Below, one piece after another: positions 10,456-19,982 of a stretch of DNA of 64,000 bases. Position 1 is the first letter of the stretch, and every line of letters starts with the position of its first letter. The notes under the pieces were generated by a model, which did no database searches, had not been told where the DNA came from, and was given only the letters and a program-made list of their open reading frames with translations. Made by a program: the position numbers and the translations under genes. Where the stretch lies: assembly GCA_963809485.1 (NCBI GenBank), contig CAWEJX010000008.1, positions 256,001 through 320,000 on the forward strand, in the 5' to 3' direction. Origin of the DNA: an uncultured Acidobacteriota bacterium. Lineage in GTDB: Bacteria; Acidobacteriota; UBA6911.

Positions 10456-11508
10456 ATGCATACTGCCCGTTTGAATCCACTCTGTTTCTACGTTTTGCTA
10501 ACCGTCACTTGCGTCATCCTGCCGGTGTCCGCGCGCGAGAAGACAGACGTGGTTATCCTGAAAAACGGAGACCATATCTTCGGTGAGATCAAGAGCCTGG
10601 AGAGGGGCATGCTCAACGTCAAGACCGATTCGATGAGCACCGTCTCGATCAAATGGCAGGACGTCAAAAGCGTCACAAGCAATTTTCTCTACACAATTCA
10701 GGACACCCAGGGCCTGATCTATGTCGGAAGCCTGCAGCCTGCCGCTGACGAGCGGCATATGAACATCGAAGGTTTGCAGGGGGAGTGGGTCGCATACCTG
10801 GACCCCATTTCCATTGTGCAAATCCAGGAACTGGGGATCAGCCGGTGGAAGCGCTTTTCGGGCTCCGCCGATCTCGGCTACACTTTCACAAAAGCCAGTG
10901 ATCGCACCCAATTTAACTTTTCGGGAGATGTCACCTACCGCACCCAGCATTACTCAAGCCAGCTGTACTACAGTTCCATATTTGGCACCTCGCAGGGAGA
11001 AACTGACGCAGATCGGAAACTCCTAACTCTCAACGGCACGCGGGAGTTTACAGGGAAATGGCTGGCATATGGGCAGGCGGGCTTTGAACACAACCTGGAG
11101 CTTCAACTGGACCGTCGATATTCATTTCTCGGAGGGCCGGGTTACAGGATTGCGCAAAGCAACAGGTCACTGGTTACGGCGATCGCGGCCGCTGCTTTCA
11201 CTCGTGAAAGTTACTATGGCGAGGTTTCCATGAAAAACGCCGAGGGCTTCTTCGGAATCGACGCACAATTCTTCAAGCTCTATTCGCCGAAGTTCGACAT
11301 CGTCAATCAACTTGTGTTTCTGCCCAATTTCACAACCAGGGGCCGACGCCGTTTGGAGTATAACGCGAAGGTCCGTCTGGAGGTCTTCAGGGACTTTTTC
11401 GTCACGCTGACCTTCTACGACAGTTACGACAGCAAGCCTCCATCGGCAAATGCTTCCCAAAACGATTACGGCTTTACCACCGGCCTCAGCTGGTCCTTCC
11501 GACGATAG
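10456..11508 (+). CDS. DUF481 (YdiY-like) outer membrane protein
   Basis: DVVILKNGDHIFGEIKSL N-domain, beta-barrel C-domain ending TTGLSWSF. Confidence 0.82.
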   Translation: MHTARLNPLCFYVLLTVTCVILPVSAREKTDVVILKNGDHIFGEIKSLERGMLNVKTDSMSTVSIKWQDVKSVTSNFLYTIQDTQGLIYVGSLQPAADERHMNIEGLQGEWVAYLDPISIVQIQELGISRWKRFSGSADLGYTFTKASDRTQFNFSGDVTYRTQHYSSQLYYSSIFGTSQGETDADRKLLTLNGTREFTGKWLAYGQAGFEHNLELQLDRRYSFLGGPGYRIAQSNRSLVTAIAAAAFTRESYYGEVSMKNAEGFFGIDAQFFKLYSPKFDIVNQLVFLPNFTTRGRRRLEYNAKVRLEVFRDFFVTLTFYDSYDSKPPSANASQNDYGFTTGLSWSFRR

Positions 11509-11548
11509 GCAATTCAGATCACAAACCCTTGCAGATCTCGGCCGATGC

Positions 11549-11940
11549 AGTCAGGCACCTCCGGCAAAGCCGGAGGCTTGAAAGATTTGAACCGCTCAAA
11601 GCGGTTGGACTAGTTTCGCCGGTCTTGAACGCTGACTTACGCGGGCAAAAGCCGATGAGGCGCTTCCGATCCCCGCAGGGGCCAGCGCTCCGCGCTGGAC
11701 AGTTTTCTGCGGCGGCACTGTGGCAAGCGCCGTGCGGCAAGCAGATGAAGGGTATGAGAAACCGGGCGTTTGCCACAGTGCCGCCGCAGAAAACTCCATC
11801 GGAAGCGCCTCATCGGCTTTTGCTCGCCGACCCTCGCCGAACAAATCGGCGTTTGTCAGCGCTTTTATCAGCGTTTCTCAGCGTTTCAAATTACGGAACT
11901 GTCAAACTCTTTGAGTCCCCCGGCAGAGCCGATGGTTTAC
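11549..11940 (-). mobile_element. non-autonomous IS200-ended hairpin element, copy 1 (~390 bp)
   Basis: Terminal hairpins CCTCCGGC-N3-GCCGGAGG and CCGCTCAAAGCGG at one end, CCCCCGGCAGAGCCG at the other, and long internal nested inverted repeats. Near-identical to 23517-23908 and 63082-63407. Confidence 0.75.
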
Positions 11941-12196
11941 CAATGTAATTATGACAACCCGTGAAAACCCGTGAACGATCGAGAAGCGGATGCGATAGTC
12001 TGCCTGAGGATGATCCGGATGGAAAACCGGAAAGGCAGACAACAACATCCAGCAAAGCAGTGGGAGTACCGATGTATTTATATGTCCTGCCCGGAATCCA
12101 GCGCGGCGCGGCATACTGTCACAACTGCCAGTTGTCCATTACCGTCCGCCGGCAGTATCACTCTGCAAAAAATTTCGATTACCGCATGGAGGAGAG

Positions 12197-13117
12197 ATGA
12201 TTTGGTTGAGCATCGGTGAATCAATTCGAGGCTGTGGCGCCGTAACCCTGTCGATACTCTTGTTGACGGCTCTTTGGATTTGTCCCTGTCTTGCCGCCAA
12301 TCTTGAGGAAACAAGTACTGTACCGGAAGATAGAGGAACCGATGCTGCAAAGCAGGTTGAATCGGCTTCGCTGAATACCCCGATCTCCGACCAGTTGGCC
12401 AGACCTGAAAGCAGTCTTCCAGCCCTGAATACAATGGCAGCCAGTACAAACGCAATTGAAGCCGTGGAGGCTCCGCGCCGCCATATAGACTGGTCGGGGC
12501 TCATCAACCAGTCCGCCCTTTTCCTATCCATCGAACAGGGTTTCCGTTTGGGAACCCAGCCGGGCACAAGGGAAGCTTTGAAAGGTCCCTTCTTCGATGA
12601 CTGGTTTACCAGCGTCAAGTCGACGAAAGGGTGGGGGGATGCGGATGATTTCCTGGCCAATTACATCGGCCACCCGATGCAGGGTTCCGTAACCGGCCAT
12701 ATATTTGTGCAAAACGATCCCGGCGGCCGCTATCAGACCTTCAACTGGTCTTCCGCCTACTGGAACAGCCGGCTCAAGGCCACGCTGTGGAGCGCAATAT
12801 ACAGCACACAATTCGAGCTCGGACCGATCAGCGAAGCATCCATAGGCAATGTCGGCTATCCCGGATCATCGTTGAGCGGGGCCGTGGATCTGGTCATGAC
12901 GCCTCTGGGTGGGCTCGGTTGGCAGGTCGGCGAAGATGCTCTCGACAAGTATCTTGTCATGAGGATCGAAACCTGGACCAGCAACCCCGTTATACTGATG
13001 TTGGCTCGCGGATTTCTGAATCCTACCCGGTCCTTCGCCAACGTCATGCGCTTGAAGGTTCCCTGGCACCGCGACACTCGCCCGGGAATATGGAACACCT
13101 CCGTTGACAATCGTTAA
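12197..13117 (+). CDS. conserved hypothetical exported/membrane protein
   Basis: 306-aa ORF with signal-like segment and protein-like motifs (WGDADDFLANYIGHPMQG, YSTQFELGPISEASIGN). GGAG RBS; true start uncertain. Confidence 0.7.
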   Translation: MIWLSIGESIRGCGAVTLSILLLTALWICPCLAANLEETSTVPEDRGTDAAKQVESASLNTPISDQLARPESSLPALNTMAASTNAIEAVEAPRRHIDWSGLINQSALFLSIEQGFRLGTQPGTREALKGPFFDDWFTSVKSTKGWGDADDFLANYIGHPMQGSVTGHIFVQNDPGGRYQTFNWSSAYWNSRLKATLWSAIYSTQFELGPISEASIGNVGYPGSSLSGAVDLVMTPLGGLGWQVGEDALDKYLVMRIETWTSNPVILMLARGFLNPTRSFANVMRLKVPWHRDTRPGIWNTSVDNR

Positions 13118-13124
13118 TCCGTTG

Positions 13125-13423
13125 GGAGATCCCCCGGCTCTGCCGGGAGGCAGTATGAGCTTGACAAATCCTGGATATTTTTTGTTCCCGGGTCCGGACA
13201 ATAATCCAGAGGGTAAACACTGGAATATCGAATGTCGAATTTCGAATATTGAACCGCAGAAGTTGGCGCCACACTTCGAGATTCATCGTTCGCTATTCGA
13301 CATTCTGCGGTTCCAAAACATCTATAGTGTATGGAACCTCTTTCATCTTTTGTCGGATGCAATCCGGCCCCTTTGAGGGCCTGGCCACCGTAAAGCCTTC
13401 GGCTCTGCCAGAGGATACTTACT
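13125..13423 (+). mobile_element. IS200-ended non-autonomous element with different cargo (heptamer hairpin)
   Basis: Left CCCCCGGCTCTGCCGGGAGG...TTGACA and right CCTTTGAGG...AAAGCCTTCGGCTCTGCCAGAGGATACTTACT match the end motifs of the 390-bp element family. Confidence 0.6.
13223..13313. repeat. heptamer inverted-repeat element A (GAATNTC class)
   Basis: gaatatc gaatgtc gaatttc gaatatt gaaccgc ... cttc gagattc atcgttc gctattc gacattc tgcggttc. Confidence 0.8.
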
Positions 13424-13499
13424 TTGAAGATTCGTGTCCGGAGTATTTCTGTTTGGGTCATAAAAATCGACTTGGGGAAATCCTCAGGGGAAATGAGGC

Positions 13500-14951
13500 C
13501 TAGCGACGGATACCGGAACTGACGTACCCTTCCCCTCGAAGGACGGTCTTCGCCGCCTGCAAAAGCTCGATTCCGACGTCCACCTTGAGAACGTAGCCCA
13601 GCGCTCCGGCCCTGAGCGCCGCACCGACAAAGTCCGGGGAATCATGCTGGGTGAGGAAAAGTATTTTCGCATCGGGGGCAACGGTGCGTATCCTGGAGGC
13701 CGCTTCCAATCCGTGGACCAATGGAAGGCCGATATCCAGCAGTACCAGGTCGGGTTTCAGTTCCGCCGCCTTTTGGACCGCTTCCGCCCCGTCCGCAGCC
13801 TCGGCCAGGAGTTTCAATTCAGGCAGTTCTTTCAATATTGTGGAGACAGCCTTGCGGAATGCCTGCCTGTCATCGGCAACGAGTATCGTTATCCCCTGCG
13901 ACTGTTGCCCGGCTTCGCTCTTGAAATCCCGATGTTCCGCAATCTCAAGCGCCGGCTGGAAAGCTCTTTCCAAAGGCAAAGCCACGTGAAATGCAGCGCC
14001 ACGGTCGGCATTATTTTCAGCCCATATCCTTCCGTTGTGTCCAAGCACAATGGAACGGCTCAGAAAAAGCCCCATGCCCAACCGGTCCGGTTTGGTTGTG
14101 ACGAATACTTTGAAGATCGAGTCAAGACTCTCTTCAGGGATTCCGGCGCCCGTGTCCACCACATCCAGGATAGCTTCCCTTTCGGTTGCCCGGGTTTTCA
14201 GGACCATCTTCCGGGGCTGGTCGGCAGATTCCATCGCTTCAAACGCGTTGACAATGAGACTCAGGATTACCTGCTGCAACTGGATGCGGTCCCCGGCAAT
14301 CGAGGGAATGGATGCGCCGAAATCCAGATCGACGGCAATTTTCCGGATAAGGAAATCATTGCGCAGGATCGACAGGACTTCCTCAATCAGTTCATTGAAC
14401 CCAAGCGGCCGGCGCTCAGTCCCAGCAGGCTTAAGCATGGATCTCAAGCCACGAACCACTTCCGCAGCCCGCCGGTCATCGGCAACAATATCCTCGACGA
14501 TTTCCTCCAATTCCTTTTTGTCCGCTGCTCCGCTTCCCATCAATAGCTGCGCCGCTTCCGCATTGCCCAGAATGGCCGCCAGCGGTTGGTTGATCTCGTG
14601 CGCCAGCGAGGATAAAAGCTCCCGCACCGCGGCGACACGCGAGAAACCTGCAAGTTCGCGGCGCAGCCGCTCCTGGCTTGCGCGAATCAATCCTTCCTTG
14701 CGTCGCCGTCCGGCAGATTTTACCAGCAAAGCGACAATGAGTATTGTCTCGATCAGGAGCAGCAATGCGATACCGGCAAGCCACCATTGGTACGATTGCC
14801 AGAATGTCGCAGCGCTGCGATCAGATTCGACAATTGACGTGGCTGCCCGTAATCCTGGTGCGGCTTGACCGGCAATGGAAATCAGCCACACGAGTTTAAT
14901 CGATCGTGCCACGTTATTGCGAGCATTGGGCATTACGGGTGAATATGTCAC
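13500..14951 (-). CDS. hybrid histidine kinase with C-terminal NarL-type receiver
   Basis: TM helix, LAHEINQPL, HATPase, then ILVADD...DIGLP...FLTQH...YVLK. Start uncertain. Confidence 0.85.
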   Translation of the reverse strand: MTYSPVMPNARNNVARSIKLVWLISIAGQAAPGLRAATSIVESDRSAATFWQSYQWWLAGIALLLLIETILIVALLVKSAGRRRKEGLIRASQERLRRELAGFSRVAAVRELLSSLAHEINQPLAAILGNAEAAQLLMGSGAADKKELEEIVEDIVADDRRAAEVVRGLRSMLKPAGTERRPLGFNELIEEVLSILRNDFLIRKIAVDLDFGASIPSIAGDRIQLQQVILSLIVNAFEAMESADQPRKMVLKTRATEREAILDVVDTGAGIPEESLDSIFKVFVTTKPDRLGMGLFLSRSIVLGHNGRIWAENNADRGAAFHVALPLERAFQPALEIAEHRDFKSEAGQQSQGITILVADDRQAFRKAVSTILKELPELKLLAEAADGAEAVQKAAELKPDLVLLDIGLPLVHGLEAASRIRTVAPDAKILFLTQHDSPDFVGAALRAGALGYVLKVDVGIELLQAAKTVLRGEGYVSSGIRR

Positions 14952-15132
14952 GGGTCATCTATTGCGTCAAGCAACAAACAGTTACCCGATGGATCCAAAT
15001 TCCTTGAGTCCTGGAGGCTTGGAAGTTAACAATAATGCGGATTCTCCCACGCCGGAGTTCCTTCAAGGCATTGACACCCGCTATTGCCTGTGGTTTGCTG
15101 GAAGGCAGGGCGGTGAACGAGGGATATACTAT

Positions 15133-16161
15133 ATGGAAGAAAAGACAAACCAGTTTTGCGCCACGACGGATGAGCTGCCGGCCATGATCTGGGCGTCAGG
15201 CCCGGATGGGCTCCGGATATACTTCAACAGGCGTTGGCTTGATTTCACCGGGCGGCCCATTCAATTGGAACTCCATGGCCGGTGGACCGAAGGTGTTCAC
15301 CCGGATGACCTCACGCGCTGCCTGGGTCTCTATTCCAGAATCCTTGATCTACGGCAGGAATTTCGGGTCGAATACAGATTGCGCCGCTTTGACGGGCAAT
15401 ATCGCTGGGTGCTTGAAACCGGCGCCCCTTGCCTTGACACAGACGGATCGTTGACCGGCTACAGCGCGGTCTGCTTCGACATCACGGAAAGCAAGGCTGA
15501 CGCCGAAGCACTCTCGCGAGCCACCCGGCGTCTTATTGAGGCACTGGACCAGGAACGCATTCGAATCGCAGGAGAGCTTCACGAAGACATCGGTTCCTCA
15601 CTGTCAATCCTGGGCATTGAGCTGATGAGAGCCGGCCAGCCGGTTGAGGGCTCATCCGGGGTAAAATATCCGGACATGCAGGAGATCTATCAAAAGCTGC
15701 AGGAAATTGGATCAAAGGTTAGCCGCCTTTCCAATCAATTGCAGCCCTCGATACTGAAGTACTTCGGGCTGGCAAAAGCGGCCGAAAGCGAATGCCGGGA
15801 GTTTTCCAAAATGCACCAGGTACCTGTATCTTGTTCCTGCAACAGTATCCCCGCCAGGCTGGATCCTGATGTTGCGCTCAATTTCTACAGAGTTTTGCAG
15901 GAAGCACTCAGCAATGCGGCCAGACATGGCCACGCCATCGGCATAGCCGTGGATTTGACCGGAACCTCCGATGAACTCCATCTCGTGGTGTCGGATGACG
16001 GGATTGGCTTCGATGCGGGGCATGAATGCTTTCCGGGTGGGCTTGGCCTGATCAGCATGCGGGAGAGAATGCGACGGGTCGGCGGCCAATTGGAAATATC
16101 TTCCCGGCCGGGCCGGGGGGCAAAAATATCGTGCCGCGCACCACTGGCTCCATCCATATAG
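15133..16161 (+). CDS. PAS-containing HisKA_3 (NarX/UhpB-type) sensor kinase
   Basis: PAS_3 (VHPDD, EYRLRRFDGQYRW), ERIRIAGELHEDIG, QEALSNAARHG, DDGIGF, GLGLISMRER. Confidence 0.9.
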   Translation: MEEKTNQFCATTDELPAMIWASGPDGLRIYFNRRWLDFTGRPIQLELHGRWTEGVHPDDLTRCLGLYSRILDLRQEFRVEYRLRRFDGQYRWVLETGAPCLDTDGSLTGYSAVCFDITESKADAEALSRATRRLIEALDQERIRIAGELHEDIGSSLSILGIELMRAGQPVEGSSGVKYPDMQEIYQKLQEIGSKVSRLSNQLQPSILKYFGLAKAAESECREFSKMHQVPVSCSCNSIPARLDPDVALNFYRVLQEALSNAARHGHAIGIAVDLTGTSDELHLVVSDDGIGFDAGHECFPGGLGLISMRERMRRVGGQLEISSRPGRGAKISCRAPLAPSI

Positions 16162-16372
16162 CCGCCAGAGCGTTACAGCAGGCACTGCGCGGTATAAAGC
16201 TTGAGGGAGTTTTTCCTTCGCCCTCCTCCTGCGGCAAGCTTTTCCAGGCTTAACCAAAGTATAAATTGAAAAACTCGCCAAAATCTGCAAAATTGACTTC
16301 TGGACGCAAGAGAATATTGGCCAAGCGGCAGGCAGAGGGCTCTCTGTTGATCTCCATGGGAGAAAAATAGCA

Positions 16373-17032
16373 GTGGCAAAATTCCGCGTAGTGCTTGCGG
16401 ATGACCACAAATTGGTGTTGCAGGCGTGCGCCAAGATGCTGGAATCCGAATTCGATGTTCCCGCAGTCTTTACGGATGGACGGGCTCTGCTCAAGGCCGT
16501 GCCTGCGCTCAAGCCGGATGCCATCGTACTCGATATCGGCATGCCTCTCTTGAACGGATTGGATGCCGGCAGACAGTTGAAAACGCTGCTGCCATCGGTG
16601 AAGCTGATCTTTCTTACGATGCATGAGGATCCCGGCCTTGCCCACGAAGCGATCCAGGCCGGAGCCTCGGCCTTTTTGCTCAAGACATCCGCCGCCGCAG
16701 AACTCTCCAAAGCTATCCGCGAAGCACTCAAGGGACGCGTGTACGTGACGCCGGCCATAGCCAGGAAGATGGAGGAATCGTTTATCCGCAATCCGGAGGC
16801 CAAGCATGCCTCAAGGGAATTAACCCCGCGCCAGCGCGAGGTCCTGCAGTTGCTGGCCGAAGGCCGCCCGATGAAAGAAGCAGCTTACATACTGAAGGTG
16901 AGCACCCGAACCATCGCGTTCCACAAGTATCGAATGATGGAACAACTGGGATTGAAAAGCTCTGCAGAGCTCATCCAGTTCGCCGTCAGCCAGCATCTTG
17001 TATCCCGGCAGCCTGACCTGACGCTGGATTGA
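16373..17032 (+). CDS. NarL/LuxR family response regulator
   Basis: LADDH receiver, DIGMP and LTPRQREVLQLLAEG HTH. Confidence 0.93.
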   Translation: MAKFRVVLADDHKLVLQACAKMLESEFDVPAVFTDGRALLKAVPALKPDAIVLDIGMPLLNGLDAGRQLKTLLPSVKLIFLTMHEDPGLAHEAIQAGASAFLLKTSAAAELSKAIREALKGRVYVTPAIARKMEESFIRNPEAKHASRELTPRQREVLQLLAEGRPMKEAAYILKVSTRTIAFHKYRMMEQLGLKSSAELIQFAVSQHLVSRQPDLTLD

Positions 17033-17405
17033 TTGGCTGAATCAAGGCTGGCAAGGAGATTGGGTTCTGCCATATCCGCGTTTGCTTAATGCCTGGCCTG
17101 TTCGTGTCCGCAGACCTGGCCAAACCCATCCGTGGAAAGCCCCGGGCCTGGAAATCAGTAAATTCTGGAGTCTTTGAGGCAGAGGCCGGGCAAACCACTG
17201 TCATTGTTTACAGTCCCTCCGGGATTCGTGCCCTGGGTTGCCGCCCCGGTTGCGTCCGCACTTCATACGCTGCCGATCGACTGTAACAATTGACAGTTCG
17301 CAAGAGCCGGTAAAATAGTGAAAAATCCCCCTGCATGAAGCGCCTCGGAAACTTTCGAGGATACGTAGTTAGTTTACGGATGTCACCTAATCATGGAGGA
17401 AAGCT

Positions 17406-17891
17406 ATGAGACATCGCGGAGTCATGTTGATGCTTGTTGCCGCCGCATGTTTGTTCACCGGAACCGGATGGGCACAGACTGCCAGCGAGGATGGGGTTCA
17501 AACCTACCTCGATCTGATGCGCAAAGACATGCGCAAGGAAAAACAGTCGATCGTGGATCAGGCTATGGAGCTCGAGGCCGCCCAAAAATCTCAATTCTGG
17601 GCAATTTACAAGGACTACCAGGCCGCGCTTGATGCGATCTGGGACCAGCGAATCGCCAACATCAAGATGTACGCGGACAACGCCGAAAAAATGACGGACG
17701 CGGTTGCCGATCAACTCGCGGCCAAAATGGTGGATCTCGAAACCCAGAGGACAGCACTCAGGAAGAAATATTATGACGTGTACAAACAGAAAATGGGATC
17801 GCGCATAGCTGCGCGTTTCCTTCAGGTCGAATTTTCGCTCGCATGCCTCATCGACCTTCAGCTTGCATCGGAGATACCGCTGCTGCAGTAG
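17406..17891 (+). CDS. exported helical hypothetical protein
   Basis: Signal peptide (..GWA-Q), GGAGG RBS, FWAIYKDYQ...AARFLQVE. Confidence 0.75.
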   Translation: MRHRGVMLMLVAAACLFTGTGWAQTASEDGVQTYLDLMRKDMRKEKQSIVDQAMELEAAQKSQFWAIYKDYQAALDAIWDQRIANIKMYADNAEKMTDAVADQLAAKMVDLETQRTALRKKYYDVYKQKMGSRIAARFLQVEFSLACLIDLQLASEIPLLQ

Positions 17892-18346
17892 GGCTTATGC
17901 CCTTGCCGGGGAATCCTGAGATCTTTCGCTCCTTGGCTTCCCGGCGCTTTAATGAACCTGAGTTGCAGGACCGAGGATATTGCACATGCCATACATGATT
18001 CTGCCCGGTATTAGAAACATCCGATGTCGGAGAAAAGGAGCTATATAGATGTGCCTTTCGCCTGAAATGTTCTGCTGCGGGTGTCTGATGGAATCCTTCG
18101 GGCAGTTACTCCGATATCCCGTTGAAGAGATTGAAAATGGGTTAAGGCTGTGCTCCAAGCATAAGCTGGAATATCTTGCAAAGACGCTGACGCTGAATTT
18201 CCCGGCCGTTGGCGGCGGGGGCATTGCAGTGCCTCCGTCGCAATCGGCTTTGCCGTCGTCCTCGTCATTTATCCGGATATAGCGGAAAAACCGGCGAGTC
18301 AAAGGACCTTCGCGGGATTCTACCCGCCAAGAAGGGAGGCTGAATC

Positions 18347-18568
18347 GTGAAATGCAGTTTTGAGAGCTTGTGCGCATATCTCAACGACCAATTGAACGAG
18401 CGACGCAACCATGAGGTATTCGCACATCTCCAGGAATGTGAAATATGCCTGGAGGCCGTGGTTACAATGCTCCAGGACCGTGATTTCGCCAAATGCTCCG
18501 CGAGCGTCCCTGAAATCCATAGCCCGGAACCGACAGGCCTACCCATGACCCGCCAGGTATCGCTATAG
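18347..18568 (+). CDS. small zf-HC2 (anti-sigma-type zinc finger) protein
   Basis: C-x6-AYL...HLQECEIC (HxxxCxxC). GGAGG RBS before GTG. Confidence 0.65.
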   Translation: MKCSFESLCAYLNDQLNERRNHEVFAHLQECEICLEAVVTMLQDRDFAKCSASVPEIHSPEPTGLPMTRQVSL

Positions 18569-18712
18569 ACGCCTTCGGCCGCAGTCCAATATTGCCGATT
18601 CCAGCATATTCGACCTTTCTCACCATATTTATGCAAAGGAAATCGGCAACCTCCGGTAAAGCCAAATACTTGATGGCAGGCCCCTTAAAGCGGTCGCATG
18701 AGCTTCACTAGC

Positions 18713-18885
18713 CGTAAGTATCCTCCGTCAGAGCCGGAGGCAAGACTTGAACCGCTCAAAGCGGTTGGAGGAGTTACGCCGACCCTCGCCGAACAAATCG
18801 GCCTTTGTCAGCGCTTTTGTCAGCGTATCTCAGCGTTTCAAAATACGTCAGACTCTGTGAGCCCCAGCAAAGCCGGGTGATTTCC
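18713..18885 (-). mobile_element. short, internally deleted version of the IS200-ended hairpin element
   Basis: Both end motifs present, but TTACGCCG joins directly to ACCCTCGCCGAACAAATC, so the ~210-bp inner palindrome is missing. Confidence 0.7.
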
Positions 18886-18921
18886 GATGCACTCAGGATG
18901 GGTTTACATCCATCCTACCTA

Positions 18922-19219
18922 GTTTCTGTCGCGAAACTGGTTTGTGCCGCGTAGCGGCACTATGATTTTAGCCCGGCCTTTCAAGGCCGGGAACCATGGT
19001 ACAGCGAGCAGCGCGTCGCGTAGCGACGCCTGAGATTCAGCCGTCGCTACGCGACGGAAAACTTAACTCCTTTCGACCCAGGCCTTAAAAGGCCTGGCTA
19101 AATTCAGCTGGCCGCTACGCGGCCTGACTCCAATTATCGGCTTCTATGTAATATCAAATATCCTATTGACGGTTGAAAAATCTGGCTTTTTCACAAAACC
19201 CGAGTTTCGCGACGAAAAC
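18922..19219. mobile_element. 298-bp MITE with TIRs carrying REP-like palindromes, copy 1
   Basis: TIR GTTTCTGTCGCGAAAC / GTTTCGCGACGAAAAC, flanks TACCTA / TACCTG. Inverted copy at 62264-62561. Confidence 0.8.
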
Positions 19220-19920
19220 TACCTGGGAGTCGTTTTCTTTTTTTTCAGGATTACGCGGCAGGGGCCGGCATCTCCCTTTTCTATCCGCAGCGGCAAACAT
19301 ATAAGCTCGTATCTCCCCGGCTTGACTCCGGCCAGATTCAGCGCTTCGAGGATATAGATGCCGTTGCCTAAAAAGGCCTTGTGGACATCGCCGACATTTT
19401 CCATCGGATCCGCGCTGGCGACAGAAATATAGTCGATCCCAACCAGCCGTATCTTTTTTTCCGCCAGGTATCGGGCAGCCTCGAGCGAGATCGTGACGAA
19501 CTTTCCGGCATATTGCCTTGTAGCCCAGACTCCAGGTGAATTTTTCGTCTTGAACAGGATGCGTTCACCGGCCCTGATTTTATAGGGTTTGAGTTCCTTC
19601 ACCGTAACCGATTGATCATTCTTGATTCCGATAACCCGGCAAGGACCGATTGTGGTGTCCAGGGGCATCGCGTCGATCGTCGTACCGCCCGGGATAAAGT
19701 GCAGGGGAGCATCGATGTGGGTGCCGTCATGCGATGTCATTTCGATGCGCGACATTGTCACCTTGTCGCCTTTGTCCACATCGAAAAAGCGGTACACCGT
19801 CGCCAGCGGGACGCTGACTTCAGGAGGCGGCGGCTGCCCGGGCTGCGGTGGCATTGCCGGCGGGATAGGAATTTCCTTATTCAGAGGAAGGGTAATGTCG
19901 AACCATTCTGTTTTTGCCAT
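19219..19920 (-). CDS. cyclase family metal hydrolase (kynurenine formamidase KynB-like)
   Basis: SHDGTHIDAPLHF motif, VGIDYIS, ILEALNL, GDAGPCRV. Confidence 0.9.
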   Translation of the reverse strand: MAKTEWFDITLPLNKEIPIPPAMPPQPGQPPPPEVSVPLATVYRFFDVDKGDKVTMSRIEMTSHDGTHIDAPLHFIPGGTTIDAMPLDTTIGPCRVIGIKNDQSVTVKELKPYKIRAGERILFKTKNSPGVWATRQYAGKFVTISLEAARYLAEKKIRLVGIDYISVASADPMENVGDVHKAFLGNGIYILEALNLAGVKPGRYELICLPLRIEKGDAGPCRVILKKKKTTPR

Positions 19921-19982
19921 TTTATATACCCCCAAGATTGAAGAATGTGAAAAGCGGGTGCCGGGTAATGAACCGTCCTGGT

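Noticed and set aside
11519-11964. ORFs overlapping the 390-bp repeat (also 23222-24073 and 62938-63618)
   Set aside because: Starts, stops and lengths differ between copies and no protein motif is recognisable. They are by-products of GC-rich palindromic DNA.
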